A DNA stretch of 64,000 bases from Octopus bimaculoides (lineage: Eukaryota), in NCBI RefSeq assembly GCF_001194135.2, contig NC_068982.1:167268750-167332749 (forward strand), written 5' to 3'. Under the pieces are notes generated by a model. The model ran no database searches, was not told the origin of the DNA, and was given only the letters and a program-made list of their open reading frames with translations. The position numbers were made by a program, and so were the translations under genes. Below are positions 63,698 to 64,000 of this stretch, in pieces. How positions within the stretch are numbered: the stretch's first letter is position 1; each line of letters begins with the position of its first letter.

Positions 63698-64000
63698 CAT
63701 CATCATCATCATCGTTTAACGTCCGCCTTCCATGCTAGCATGGGTTGGACGATTTGACTGAGGACTGGTGGAACCGGATGGCAACACCAGGCTCCAATCT
63801 AATTTGGCAGAGTTTCTACAGCTGGATGCCCTTCCTAAAGCCAACCATTCAGAGAGTGTAGTGGGTGCTTTTACGTGTCACCCGCACGAAAACGGCCACG
63901 CTCGAAATGGTGTCTTTTATGTGCCACCCGCACAAGAGCCAGTCCAGGGGCACTGGCAACGATCTCGCTCGAAAACCCTACAAGGCCAGTCAGGCGGTAT
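63698..64000 (-). mobile_element. Young RTE LINE 3' UTR copy (runs off the window end)
   Basis: (CAT)5 CGTTTAACGTCCGCC...; nearly identical to the reverse complement of 8411-8643. Confidence 0.93.

Overview
AT-rich eukaryotic genomic DNA from a draft assembly with five N gaps. The repeat families (tRNA-derived SINEs with internal microsatellites, an RTE LINE with a (GAT)n tail) look like those of octopod cephalopods; this is an inference from repeat recognition, not a database result. The only host coding sequence I can support is one 165-nt, phase 0-0 internal exon (25387-25551, +) of a STE20-like SLK/LOK(STK10)/Slik kinase, covering kinase subdomains II-IV. The other ~63.8 kb appears to be two very large introns. 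These hold many copies of an RTE LINE 3' region, several SINE families, and decayed Dong/R4, CR1/L2-group, RTE, hAT, pogo/Tigger and mariner remnants. They also hold three intact MITEs with target-site duplications (TSDs), minisatellites and microsatellites. The most unusual items are: (i) a 585-bp concentric foldback transposon with an 8-bp TSD and a (TAACCC)n/(GGGTTA)n telomeric palindrome at its core; (ii) a 16-bp stem pairing the start of the kinase exon with its own 5' splice site, a candidate ADAR or splicing structure; (iii) a Dong/R4 remnant abutting (TAA)9, the known Dong target. No prokaryotic system, CRISPR array, rRNA or true tRNA gene is supported. Boundaries of decayed repeats are approximate.
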